Shown here: piece by piece, positions 9,739-19,481 of the stretch
Position numbering within the stretch: position 1 is the stretch's first letter
Layout: each line of letters starts with the position of its first letter
Assembly: GCA_021399345.1 (NCBI GenBank)
Contig: JAAFKI010000057.1
Span: 1 to 36,288, forward strand
Source: Candidatus Heimdallarchaeota archaeon
Lineage (GTDB): Archaea; Asgardarchaeota; Heimdallarchaeia; Heimdallarchaeales; Heimdallarchaeaceae
DNA length: 36,288 bases
Direction: 5' to 3'
Notes under the pieces: generated by a model
Database searches by the model: none
What the model was told of the DNA's origin: nothing
Seen by the model: only the letters and a program-made list of their open reading frames with translations
Translations under genes and position numbers: made by a program

Positions 9739-10040
9739 GGTTGAATCCCCACTTATTTCTGAAGTTAGTAAGGAGTATTTTGTATATATCCTTTTAGTTA
9801 CTAAAAAGACATATAAGTGTCATTACAAGCTCTCTTAAGATAAGGTGTTTGAATGTTAAGATCTAATAAATTTCTCGTTCTTTTTCTTATTTTGTCTTCT
9901 ATGTATTTGATTACAGCTTATATCTCAGCAATATATAGAAAGAAAAAGAAGTAGATTCTTAATCTTTCTTTCTTTTTTACAGAAGATTTGAGTTTTTGAT
10001 TGTAAGAATCTTATGTTTCGTATAACTCTTTTTAAATTAG

Positions 10041-11171
10041 TTGTTTTCTTCAAATCTACAAGGTGCTCGAGGGTTGACAAAAGCAGTTAAGAAGCAAGTT
10101 TCTCCATACGAAAAACTCTCTAAAGTACTAAATACAATACCAAATGGTTTTCCAGAAGTTGAAGATGGTTCTCATTTGCGAGTTCTAGAGTGGATTTATG
10201 AGCCTGAAGAGGCGGAATTAGCAAGTAAACTAAAAGTGAAAGCTGAATCAGTTGAAAAGATTGCAAAGAGACTCAAGATTCCTGAAGATGAGCTTGCCAC
10301 TAAACTTGAAAGAATGGAATCCAGAGGACAACTTCGTGTCAGTAGATCTAGTGAGGAAAAGAAATTTGGACTCCTCCCCTTTGTAGTAGGAATTTACGAG
10401 GAACAAATCCATAGAATGGACGCTGAATTCGCAGAGTTATTTGAAGATTACATCCAAAAATGTCAAGGAAGGGTTATATTCTCAACTAAACCGGCTATAC
10501 AGAGGATTGTTCCTGTGAATAGTGTAATTAAAACAGAACTGGAAATACACCCTTACAATCAAGCTGAACAGATGATTAGAAGTGCAAAAAGTTGGGGAAT
10601 ACGTGATTGTATTTGTAAGAAACAACAGGTATTGATTGGTGATTCTTGTAAATATCCCGAAAAGGTTTGTCTAGTTTTTTCAAAAAGTGAGAATAGATAC
10701 GAAGGTAGTCATCAGACAACTACAATAACAAAGGAAGAATCTCTCAAAATTTTAAAGGAAGCAGAAGAAGCTGGATTAATTCATTCTTCTATGAATGTGG
10801 GTAGTGGGCATTCCTATATTTGTAATTGTTGTACCTGTTGTTGTGGAGTACTAAGAGGTTTGGTAGAATGGGGACAACCCCAAGCATTTGTTAAATCCGA
10901 CTATGTAATGTATGTAGAAGAAGAAGCTTGTATAGGTTGTGGAAAGTGTATTGATAGATGCCAATTCAATGCATTGGAGTTAGTCAACAAGAAAATTACA
11001 ATTAATGAGAAATGTATTGGTTGTGGAGTATGTGCACTAGTCTGTCCCAAAGATGCTCTCAATCTGATAGATCGAAAACCTAAGGATGTAAAGAAACCTC
11101 CTAAGAATATACTTACTTGGATGTTGAAAAGAGCTTTTTCAAGAAAAGTAAATATATTCAAGTTATTCTGA
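10041..11171 (+). CDS. 4Fe-4S dicluster ferredoxin-domain protein with N-terminal HTH-like region
   Basis: CICKK, ICNCCTCCCG and two CxxCxxCxxxC motifs. The real start may be the in-frame TTG at 10074. Confidence 0.8.
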   Translation: MFSSNLQGARGLTKAVKKQVSPYEKLSKVLNTIPNGFPEVEDGSHLRVLEWIYEPEEAELASKLKVKAESVEKIAKRLKIPEDELATKLERMESRGQLRVSRSSEEKKFGLLPFVVGIYEEQIHRMDAEFAELFEDYIQKCQGRVIFSTKPAIQRIVPVNSVIKTELEIHPYNQAEQMIRSAKSWGIRDCICKKQQVLIGDSCKYPEKVCLVFSKSENRYEGSHQTTTITKEESLKILKEAEEAGLIHSSMNVGSGHSYICNCCTCCCGVLRGLVEWGQPQAFVKSDYVMYVEEEACIGCGKCIDRCQFNALELVNKKITINEKCIGCGVCALVCPKDALNLIDRKPKDVKKPPKNILTWMLKRAFSRKVNIFKLF

Positions 11172-11364
11172 CAACACTTCTTTCTAATTCAAATATAAGA
11201 CCTTTTTAGATTCTTTTCTTTAGAATGAAACTGAATCTTGAAATTTATGATTTCTGTTAAAGAATCCTATTTAGTTTATCCTGATTCTAATGATTAAAAT
11301 GACGTAAGAACATTTAAGACTTTCAAATTCTTACATTTTAGCTAGCTGATAAAGAGGGTTTCGT

Positions 11365-13155
11365 ATGAAGAAAAGAAAAATAGTTCTTTTTATAATTTTT
11401 TTCCTAATTATTACACCTTATTTAGTTGCAGGGCAAGAAACAGAGATACCAATTCGTTTTAGTATTAGCCTTCTTTCCCCCAATGATAATGCTGCTAGAA
11501 AGCAGTTTTCACTTCTTATGCAGCATCAATTACCCAAGATAGGCATTGGAGTTCACTTGCATGAATCGACAACTTGGGGCAACATAGCTGATAGGTCGTG
11601 GTCATATCCGTTGATAGATTATGATTATATCCCAACTTATGCTGAAGGTGGGTATGATATTCTTTTTGTAAAATGGTCATGGGATTTAGAATGGGACCCA
11701 ACTGGGGTTTTTGATTGCTCTTACTTAAGCTGTCTACTTCATGGGGACAATTTTTATCAATATCATAATCCTAACTATGATACCAAATTAGCTCAATATC
11801 TAACAGAACTGGACCCTTTCCAGAGAACAGCATACTCTCATGAAATGCAAGCAATGCTCTATGAAGATCTTCCAGCTATTAGTATTGTATATCCGAAATC
11901 ATTAGCTGCTTCTAAGGAGGGTTTAGTAGGAATTGATTATCTTCTGCTATCACTTGCTAAACATCGTTCTGAAAAATGGGATGATCCGTCAGATCATATT
12001 ATAAAAACTGCAGTCCCAGAAACAATGAATGCTTTCAATGATTTCAATGAGAGAACCATAATCGACAGAAAATGGTTAACATCTGTGTATGGTTCTCTTT
12101 TCCAAAGAGGTCAAAATCACCACGGATGGGAACCAATAATTGCTTTGAATTATAGCTTAAGTACAGATGGAAAAAACTACACAATAGCAATTGATCAAAA
12201 TGCTATGTTTTCTGATGGTTCTCCACTTCTAGCAGAAGATATTAAATATACTTACAATCTTCATATGACACCTGCAGTTAATTCAGTAAATTATGGATAT
12301 TTTAACAGATGGTTAGCATCAAATGATTCAATAGAGATTATTGATTCACATACTTTGAATTTCAATCTATCTTCAACTTATGCTTTTTCGATGAATTTAT
12401 TCTCAATCGGAATTCTAGATAAAAGTAATGTAGAACCAGCAATTAGTACTTATGGTTATTCAATATTCGAAGAAGAACCTCTTACCGGAGATGTTCAAGA
12501 CACTCTTGTGACCTCATGTGGTCCATTTATGTTAGAAAACTACTCAAGCACTAACGTTAAGCTAATACAGAATCCATATTGGAATAAGTTGAATTCATCA
12601 CAAGGTTCGCAACCATACTTAGATGAGTTATCCTTTATCTATTACAAGGGTAAGGATAGTACACTTGCAGATTTAATTTCAAATAAAATAGATTTAATTG
12701 ATCCAGAATTAGGAATAACACCAAGTGCAGATTTTTGGGGTTATGATATAGAAGGGCATCTAGTTCAGAAACTAGAAAACCAGGAACTAGCTGTTAACAT
12801 GAAACATCCTGTTTTTGGAACAGGTGAACTGACTCCCGTAGGAACTCCAGCTGCAGCTAAAAGTGTAAGAAAAGCTATTAGTCATGCAATCCCGAGAAAC
12901 GTAATAGTTGACCAAATCTATGAGGGACTTGCATCTCCTGGTGTGTCTCCAATACCCAAAGGTTGTATAGGTTTTGACCAATCATTAGAACCGTATGCCT
13001 ATGATTTAGATATAGCTGTTGAGCATATAGAGGATGCTGGATTTGTAACAATGTGGAGCGGGACTGATTTTACACCAACATCTGGTTTTACTATTTCAGT
13101 TTTGCTCTTTGTCTTGATAGGCTTAGCATATCTTAGTTTTACAGGGAGAGGATAA
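11365..13155 (+). CDS. ABC-type peptide/nickel solute-binding protein (family 5), circularly permuted, with C-terminal membrane anchor
   Basis: Signal peptide MKKRK plus a hydrophobic run. Family motifs S-x-DGK-x-YT, FSDGSPLLAEDIKYT, GPF, NPYW and VRKAISHAIPR. C-terminal SGF, TM and basic end. Confidence 0.85.
   Translation: MKKRKIVLFIIFFLIITPYLVAGQETEIPIRFSISLLSPNDNAARKQFSLLMQHQLPKIGIGVHLHESTTWGNIADRSWSYPLIDYDYIPTYAEGGYDILFVKWSWDLEWDPTGVFDCSYLSCLLHGDNFYQYHNPNYDTKLAQYLTELDPFQRTAYSHEMQAMLYEDLPAISIVYPKSLAASKEGLVGIDYLLLSLAKHRSEKWDDPSDHIIKTAVPETMNAFNDFNERTIIDRKWLTSVYGSLFQRGQNHHGWEPIIALNYSLSTDGKNYTIAIDQNAMFSDGSPLLAEDIKYTYNLHMTPAVNSVNYGYFNRWLASNDSIEIIDSHTLNFNLSSTYAFSMNLFSIGILDKSNVEPAISTYGYSIFEEEPLTGDVQDTLVTSCGPFMLENYSSTNVKLIQNPYWNKLNSSQGSQPYLDELSFIYYKGKDSTLADLISNKIDLIDPELGITPSADFWGYDIEGHLVQKLENQELAVNMKHPVFGTGELTPVGTPAAAKSVRKAISHAIPRNVIVDQIYEGLASPGVSPIPKGCIGFDQSLEPYAYDLDIAVEHIEDAGFVTMWSGTDFTPTSGFTISVLLFVLIGLAYLSFTGRG
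12796..13023 (+). repeat. Copy 1 of a 228-bp near-identical direct repeat inside the SBP paralogues
   Basis: Manual alignment to 14588-14815 is ungapped, with about 20 mismatches. Confidence 0.9.
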
Positions 13156-13159
13156 GAAA

Positions 13160-14947
13160 ATGAAAAAAAAGAACAAATTAACTATTTTAGCTTTAGTTTT
13201 ATTAATTTTGGCACCTTGTTTGATTGCAGGACAGGAAACTCCGATGCCAATTTATTTCAGCATCAACCTTCTTTCCCCCAATGATGATGTTTTTAGAAAT
13301 CAGTTTTCAATACTTATACAAGAACAATTACCATTAATTGGTATAGGTGTTGATATACATGAATCAACTACTTTGGATAAAATAGCTCCCAGAACATGGT
13401 TTTATCCTCTTATTGATTATGACTATATTCCTACTTATGCTCAGGGGGGATTTGATGCCCTCTTTGCAGGATATTCCTGGGATTTGGATTGGGATTCAGG
13501 AAATATCTTTACCAGTGGATGTATGGCTAGCAGAGCAAACTTCTATCAATACAATAATCCACAATTAGATGCAAAATTAATTCAGTATCTTAGTGAACCA
13601 GATTCTGTATTAAGAACAGAATATTTGCACGAAATCCAAGCAATACTCTATGAAGACCTTCCATCAATTAGTTTGGTTTATCCAAAATTAATGTATATAT
13701 GTAAAGAGGGTTTAACTGGAATTGACCTTTTGTTATTATCTTTGTCAAAATTCCGAGCTGAAAATTGGGATGATCCTGCAGATCATATTATTAAATATCC
13801 TATCCCTATAATGCTAGAAGCCCAGAATGTTTATCGCGAAACATCCGATTATGACAGCAAATGGATGGCAGCTGTTTATGGCTCACTCTTTGAAAGAAGT
13901 CAAATATTTCATGAATGGGAGCCAGTAATTGCCACTAATTATAGTTTAAGTTCAGATGGAAAGAATTATACAGTGTATTTAGATCCAAATGCGAAATTCA
14001 GTGATGGCAGTTCTGTTTTGGCAGAGGATGTAAAATATTCGTATGAACTCCATATGACACCACTAGTTAATTCGCCAGACTATTGGTATTTAGATGCTAA
14101 TTTTGCATCTAACAATTCAATAGAAATTGTCGACACTCATACATTGAATTTTAATTTATCAAGTTTTTATGCATTCGCGATGGATTTACTTTCTTTTGGT
14201 GTTGTGGATAAGAGCAGTATAGAACCTGCTATTAGCACTTTTGGGTACTCAATTTTTGATGAAAATCCTTTATCTGGAAACGTTCAAGACATTTTGATTA
14301 AATCTTGTGGTCCATTTATGCTAGATAATTACTCTACAACAAAAGTTGAACTTATACAAAATCCCTACTGGAATGATTTGAGTTCTTCAAATGGTTTCCA
14401 ACCAAAACTTACTGATTTGCAATTTATTTATTATGGAGTAGGAAGAGATTCAGTTATAGCTGATTTGATTGCTGGTATAATTGACTTTTATGATCCAGGT
14501 TTTGGAATCTGGTGGTATGTAGAATTTTCTTACTATGGTTTAGAAGGAGGAATAGTAGGAAGCCTAACAAACCAAGAATTGGCTTTGAACATGAAACATC
14601 CTGTTTTTGGAACAGGAGAACTGACTCCCGTAGGAACTCCAGCAGCAGCAAAAGCAATACGCAAAGCTATCAATCATGCAATCCCGAGAGACGTAATAGT
14701 CGATCAAATCTATGAAGGATTGGCATCTCCTGGTGTGTCTCCAATACCCATAGGTTGTATAGGTTTTGACCAATCATTAGAACCCTATGCATATGATTTA
14801 GATATAGCTGTTGAGTATATGGAAGATTCAGGTTTTGACACGATAATTATATTCACTCGTGTAACACCATCATCAGGATTTACTATATTTCTTATTCTCT
14901 TTACTCTGATAGGTTTAACTTATCTTGTATTCACAAGAAGAAGGTAA
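13160..14947 (+). CDS. Tandem paralogue: family-5 solute-binding protein, circularly permuted
   Basis: Same motifs and motif order as 11365-13155. C-terminal 'TPSSGF', TM and RRR. Confidence 0.85.
   Translation: MKKKNKLTILALVLLILAPCLIAGQETPMPIYFSINLLSPNDDVFRNQFSILIQEQLPLIGIGVDIHESTTLDKIAPRTWFYPLIDYDYIPTYAQGGFDALFAGYSWDLDWDSGNIFTSGCMASRANFYQYNNPQLDAKLIQYLSEPDSVLRTEYLHEIQAILYEDLPSISLVYPKLMYICKEGLTGIDLLLLSLSKFRAENWDDPADHIIKYPIPIMLEAQNVYRETSDYDSKWMAAVYGSLFERSQIFHEWEPVIATNYSLSSDGKNYTVYLDPNAKFSDGSSVLAEDVKYSYELHMTPLVNSPDYWYLDANFASNNSIEIVDTHTLNFNLSSFYAFAMDLLSFGVVDKSSIEPAISTFGYSIFDENPLSGNVQDILIKSCGPFMLDNYSTTKVELIQNPYWNDLSSSNGFQPKLTDLQFIYYGVGRDSVIADLIAGIIDFYDPGFGIWWYVEFSYYGLEGGIVGSLTNQELALNMKHPVFGTGELTPVGTPAAAKAIRKAINHAIPRDVIVDQIYEGLASPGVSPIPIGCIGFDQSLEPYAYDLDIAVEYMEDSGFDTIIIFTRVTPSSGFTIFLILFTLIGLTYLVFTRRR
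14588..14815 (+). repeat. Copy 2 of the 228-bp direct repeat
   Basis: Matches 12796-13023 at about 91% by hand count. Confidence 0.9.
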
Positions 14948-15025
14948 ACAAAACAAGTAGAACTAATTAGGTTACCAAATAAGATAGGAGGTAAACTCAT
15001 ATAGAAAACCAACCATTTCTCCTTA

Positions 15026-15643
15026 ATGATAGAGTTAGCTGAACTTTCAAACTACTTTTTCCTTTCTTACATCTCTATCTATATTCTAACTCATTTCCCT
15101 TTTGACATTTACATGTTAGTAAAAAAAAATGAAGCATCATACCCAACACCAAATTTCCAGTCTACTTTAGAAGGCTTGTTAGTTGTTTTACCAACTTTTC
15201 TTTTCTGGTTTTATTTGTTGTTCAGTCCAATAGTTGTACTTAGCTCAGGTAAGAATGTCTTTGTAATTGAACAGGTTTCTGACACAATTAAGTTTCCTTT
15301 TATCTTATTTGGAATTATAATTATGTCAATCGGGTTAATAATAGGGTGTTTAGGAAGAATAGGAAGAGGTGCATATTTAGCTAGACAAGAAGCTAAACTC
15401 TCCACAACTTGGGGTCATGCAATTGTTCGACACCCCTCTTACTTCTTGTATATTACTGGTTTCATTGGTTTATCTTTTGCAGCTTTTTCACCATATCTCT
15501 TTATTCTCTTGTTAGGAATACCAGGATACATTATGATATCCAAACATGAGGAAGAAGTTCTCATAGGCAAATTTGGTGAGGAATATAAGATGTATATGAA
15601 AAAAGTGGGAAGCTTATTCTTAAAAATTCGAAGAGAAAAATAG
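15026..15643 (+). CDS. Isoprenylcysteine carboxyl methyltransferase/PEMT-family membrane protein
   Basis: Multiple TM helices. G-x-x-x-x-VRHPSY and EEEVLIGKFGEEYKMYMKKV. Confidence 0.85.
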   Translation: MIELAELSNYFFLSYISIYILTHFPFDIYMLVKKNEASYPTPNFQSTLEGLLVVLPTFLFWFYLLFSPIVVLSSGKNVFVIEQVSDTIKFPFILFGIIIMSIGLIIGCLGRIGRGAYLARQEAKLSTTWGHAIVRHPSYFLYITGFIGLSFAAFSPYLFILLLGIPGYIMISKHEEEVLIGKFGEEYKMYMKKVGSLFLKIRREK

Positions 15644-15644
15644 T

Positions 15645-17003
15645 CTATTTAAATGGCCATTTTTCCAGAAGTTTCAATTGATCTTCTAATTTAGTATCTC
15701 TCAATATTTTGATAATTTCATTTTCGCTTAACCTTTTTGGGAATTTTTCTATTCTACTAAAAACATCAATGAAAACAAATGCAAAAGCAAGAGAAAGCTT
15801 GGCATCTAAGCGTGTTATCTTATCAAAGGTATCAGCTGAAGTGTGACCATATCCTCTGCCAACTCGAGGATCAGGTTTTTCACCAAATATACAAACATTC
15901 GGAATTCCTTTCAGAAAGAAAGGATAGTTGTCGCTTGCTGTAACAATGTTTTTTGATATTTTTGGATCATACAACAGTTGATTCTTCAAAATATTTATTT
16001 CAACAAATAAATCCTCAATTCCACTACAAGTAATGTGCTTAGGAATGTGTCCAACAAGACCATCTAGATTGATCATAGCCACTACATCCGATAAATCCAC
16101 GTCATTTGCATAAATAGTTGAACCTACAACACCGAATTCTTCAACAGCAAATGCAATGAATCTCAAGGTTCTCTTGGGAACATAATTGAATTTTTTGTAC
16201 AAACGAGCAAGTTCTAGAATCGCGGCTATAGATGCAGCATTATCAACAGCTCCTTGCCCGATATCATGACCATCGTAATGCCCACCAATTACGATAACTT
16301 CATCTTTTATTTCACCAGGAATTTCCCAAATGATATGTTTTGAAGTTAATCTTGGGGTTTCATTCGATACTTTCACTTTACAATTTACATGATCTTCTTT
16401 AGTTATAATTTCCTTGACCAATTCATATGTTTCCTTCGAAATGCCAATTGCGGGGATCTCTCCTATTCTGTTAGACCTAACTGAACCTGTTGGAAACAAT
16501 TGACCAGGATTATGATTGGCAAAGACAAACACTTTAGCTCCAAAGTCGACTGCATTGGCATATTTTATTCTCCTATGCAACCATCCTTCCTCTGTGTCAC
16601 CTGAATTGATCATCAGAATTTTTCCAGGAATTGAATCCTTGATTCGGTTTAGCTCGGTTTCAGAGCCACCTTTTCCGTCAATTATGTTTCCCTCAACAGT
16701 TTCACCATGTGTAGAAGGAGCTAAAACTAAGGAAATAGCTGGAAATTCCTTCTTAAACTTGCTACTTTCGATATCAAATGAACATTCTCCTCTAATCCAT
16801 CCCTGATACTCAAATTCATGAGTAAAAGCATCAATACCTTGGGCTTTTAAGAATTTCAACATATATTGTTGAGCTTCTTTTTCACTTTCTGTTCCAGCAA
16901 ATCTGCTTCCCATTAGGCATAAATCTTTAATTCTCTCATAAATAGCGTCTTCAGAAAAAATTCTTCCAAGAATTCTCTCTTTTAACTCTAGAGCTTTATT
17001 CAT
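15645..17003 (-). CDS. M28 family metallopeptidase with PA domain
   Basis: GSRFAGT, IGGHYD, GAVDNA, FAVEEFG, NLD, SDN and H-T-x-x-DT. Confidence 0.9.
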   Translation of the reverse strand: MNKALELKERILGRIFSEDAIYERIKDLCLMGSRFAGTESEKEAQQYMLKFLKAQGIDAFTHEFEYQGWIRGECSFDIESSKFKKEFPAISLVLAPSTHGETVEGNIIDGKGGSETELNRIKDSIPGKILMINSGDTEEGWLHRRIKYANAVDFGAKVFVFANHNPGQLFPTGSVRSNRIGEIPAIGISKETYELVKEIITKEDHVNCKVKVSNETPRLTSKHIIWEIPGEIKDEVIVIGGHYDGHDIGQGAVDNAASIAAILELARLYKKFNYVPKRTLRFIAFAVEEFGVVGSTIYANDVDLSDVVAMINLDGLVGHIPKHITCSGIEDLFVEINILKNQLLYDPKISKNIVTASDNYPFFLKGIPNVCIFGEKPDPRVGRGYGHTSADTFDKITRLDAKLSLAFAFVFIDVFSRIEKFPKRLSENEIIKILRDTKLEDQLKLLEKWPFK

Positions 17004-17034
17004 AATATAGAATATGAATGAAGAGTTTTTAATA

Positions 17035-17298
17035 TTAACTCATCATAATCAAAAACTGATCCATTTGTTTGCGTAAGAACGCTTCGTCAACGCTTCCTAT
17101 AATTCTTTGATTGTTTGGCAAGATAATTGTTGGAATTGCAACAATATGGTATTCTTCAGCTTTTTCCACATTTTCCGTTACATCAATCACTTCTAAAGAT
17201 AACTCTTTAGTATTTCCTATAATATTTCTCAAAACCCCTTCAAGATAAGGACACCAGCTGCATGTCGGGCTTGTGAAGAATATTATTTGTAAACTCAT
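17035..17298 (-). CDS. Small thioredoxin-fold protein (CxxC), KaiB-like in its C-terminal half
   Basis: TSPTCSWCP and VIDVTENVEKAEEYHIVAIPT. Lies 10 bp downstream of the KaiC-like gene. Confidence 0.8.
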   Translation of the reverse strand: MSLQIIFFTSPTCSWCPYLEGVLRNIIGNTKELSLEVIDVTENVEKAEEYHIVAIPTIILPNNQRIIGSVDEAFLRKQMDQFLIMMS

Positions 17299-17308
17299 TT
17301 CTCATCAC

Positions 17309-18715
17309 TTAATCAAGAATTTCAATTAAAGGCATTTTATCTCTAAATTTAACTACTTTAGGTAAGAATGTTGCACCTAATGAGCTCTTTAGACACTCAA
17401 TATAAGTTGTATAATCTGACCTCGAGAATCGAATAATAATGTCTGCTGTGTTGCGTAATCTTGCTAACATTTCTCTACTTATAGCATTAAAGTTAATAAA
17501 AGAATAAGCTATCGCGCTTTGTTCTTTAATATTGAATGATTGTAAAGCAAAATATCTTAAGAAATTGGGTTCTGTGAGTATATTTGTATCATCTGTGAGA
17601 TCTCCAAAGAGAATTACTTTTTGCTCTGATTTCTGAAATGCTTGCATTAATTCAACCGTTACTGAAATCATATCATCAGTAGTCATCAGCTGACTCATTT
17701 CTCTTGCTTCAACAGCTGTTACAGATCGATTATATTTGTCAATGAAAACAACATTACCTTCATTTAAATGGGGAGTAATGTCACATTCAACTCTCTTGAA
17801 TTCTTCTACTATGCGAGCAGAATACATATGAACATTAGAATGAATAATTACACCTGTACCTCTTTCAAGATTGCAACACATAATTTGTAGGAATAAAGGA
17901 AAATAATTTGTTTCCCCATCTGTCTCAATAAGAACAACGCTTCCAGCAGGAATGCCCCCTCCAAGCATTTTATCTAGTTTTTCAACACCTATCTTCTCAG
18001 CATCTATTATAGATAAAGGAGGTTGTTCAGAGCGTAATATCGATACACCATCTCTGTCAATAATGAATCTATTTTCGAATTTGATAGGTTTAGCAGATCT
18101 TAGTTTTGGTACAGAAATTCTCTTTATCATCTGATTGTTTTTCAATTCTGTTCGAATCTTAATTACTCCATCAACAAGGTATTCTTCTAATGTTGAATAT
18201 TCTTCATTTACTTGAGATTCAGAAGTTAGTACAAGAACTGCCTTCTTATCAGTGATTTCTCTAATAAAATCCATGAAGCTGCTTCTAGCTGTTTTTTCAT
18301 AAACAAATTCAGCAAAAAATGCAGAAATGGAATCAAAGATTACAAGCTTTGCATTTAGTGATTTCATCTTACTTTGAGTTCTAGCAATAATCCCTGAGAG
18401 ATCAAATTTATCAGTTTGAACTAAACTTGTACTTTTTGGTTTTAAAGACATTTTTTCAAAGCTTAAAAGCCCTTTGTCAATATATGATTTAAGATTCATA
18501 TCGAATGAATCTCCATACATTATCAATTTTTCAGGATCAACTTCTGTAGAAATGAATAATACAGGAATATCTTTCTTTAGAGCTCCAAGTGCCATAAATA
18601 GTGAAAGAACTGTTTTGCCTGATCCAGCAGATCCCTTAATAGCATAACAAGAACCAGTTCTTAAACCACCATCAATCATATTGTCTAGCTCTTCAATCCC
18701 AGTTGAAATAATCAT
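17309..18715 (-). CDS. KaiC/RAD55-like double-domain RecA-fold ATPase, second domain degenerate
   Basis: STGIEELDNMIDGG, Walker A GSAGSGKT, Walker B VIFDS, EEYLVDGVI and KLR. The second repeat starts GVEKLDKMLGGGIP and has no Walker A lysine. Confidence 0.85.
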   Translation of the reverse strand: MIISTGIEELDNMIDGGLRTGSCYAIKGSAGSGKTVLSLFMALGALKKDIPVLFISTEVDPEKLIMYGDSFDMNLKSYIDKGLLSFEKMSLKPKSTSLVQTDKFDLSGIIARTQSKMKSLNAKLVIFDSISAFFAEFVYEKTARSSFMDFIREITDKKAVLVLTSESQVNEEYSTLEEYLVDGVIKIRTELKNNQMIKRISVPKLRSAKPIKFENRFIIDRDGVSILRSEQPPLSIIDAEKIGVEKLDKMLGGGIPAGSVVLIETDGETNYFPLFLQIMCCNLERGTGVIIHSNVHMYSARIVEEFKRVECDITPHLNEGNVVFIDKYNRSVTAVEAREMSQLMTTDDMISVTVELMQAFQKSEQKVILFGDLTDDTNILTEPNFLRYFALQSFNIKEQSAIAYSFINFNAISREMLARLRNTADIIIRFSRSDYTTYIECLKSSLGATFLPKVVKFRDKMPLIEILD

Positions 18716-18858
18716 ACTCTTCAGTAAAGAAATTTAGCAAACTTCTATAAAACAATATTGAAAGTTGTAGGTGGAGGAAGTGTTTTTTACTGTAGTTAAC
18801 GTTTCTTCTTCTAATTAATCTCAATCTATTTATATTATCGTGAAATTTCAGAACTATA

Positions 18859-19410
18859 ATGGCTCCGAAATATAAGGCTCAAATGATAGGGCGAAGGATT
18901 ATTGTTTGGGATATTGGGCAGGGAACGGAGCTATATTCTAATGGATTTTATGGCAAACCAATGGGTGTTAGAAAACCAAATTTAGGAGATGAATTTAGAG
19001 ATCCTTGTGAACTCTCCTCCTTTGAAGCTTTGTATCTTTTCGAAAAAAAGAAACTATCAGTTATTGATGCAGAAGGATTGAAAGTTTCCAAAGCAGATTT
19101 TGTTATGAAATGTCATGAATTTTATATGAATTTTGAGAATAAAATGGTTGTATATCGCTATCTGCGTAATCTAGGATATATTGTCAGACCAGGATTGAAA
19201 TTTGGAGTGGACTTTGCTGTATACACGAAAGGACCAGGTTTAGAACATAGTCCATACATGATTCAGATAATTGACAAGGATGGAAAGATTGACCCTATTG
19301 AGTTAGTTAGAGCTGGAAGATTGGCAACAACTGTTAGAAAGAATTTTGTTCTAGTTTCTATGATTAAGAAGAAATTGCACTTTTTTGTCTTTAACAGATA
19401 TAAACCTTAG
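18859..19410 (+). CDS. endA: tRNA-intron splicing endonuclease, catalytic subunit
   Basis: LSSFEALYL, VYRYLR-x-x-GY, GLKFGVDFAVY, HS and VRK give the Tyr-His-Lys triad. Confidence 0.92.
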   Translation: MAPKYKAQMIGRRIIVWDIGQGTELYSNGFYGKPMGVRKPNLGDEFRDPCELSSFEALYLFEKKKLSVIDAEGLKVSKADFVMKCHEFYMNFENKMVVYRYLRNLGYIVRPGLKFGVDFAVYTKGPGLEHSPYMIQIIDKDGKIDPIELVRAGRLATTVRKNFVLVSMIKKKLHFFVFNRYKP

Positions 19411-19481
19411 AAATTTTTCATATCTTTCAATAACACTCTATCATCACCACAAAAGATTAAAGGAAAAAAAATATTCTGTTA

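Noticed and set aside
9739-10040. Purine/pyrimidine inverted runs in the divergent intergenic region
   Set aside because: Low-complexity A/T tracts with no convincing stem or periodic repeat. Not a CRISPR array or MITE.
12787-14773. Two similar antisense ORFs starting MVKTYTT
   Set aside because: They are a by-product of the duplicated SBP tract.
15026-15643. ICMT acting on prenylated GTPases of this window
   Set aside because: None of the four GTPases ends in a CAAX or Cys motif, and the family is widespread in prokaryotes.
17035-18715. Bona fide KaiABC circadian clock
   Set aside because: There is no kaiA, and the CII domain lacks Walker A and the phosphosites.
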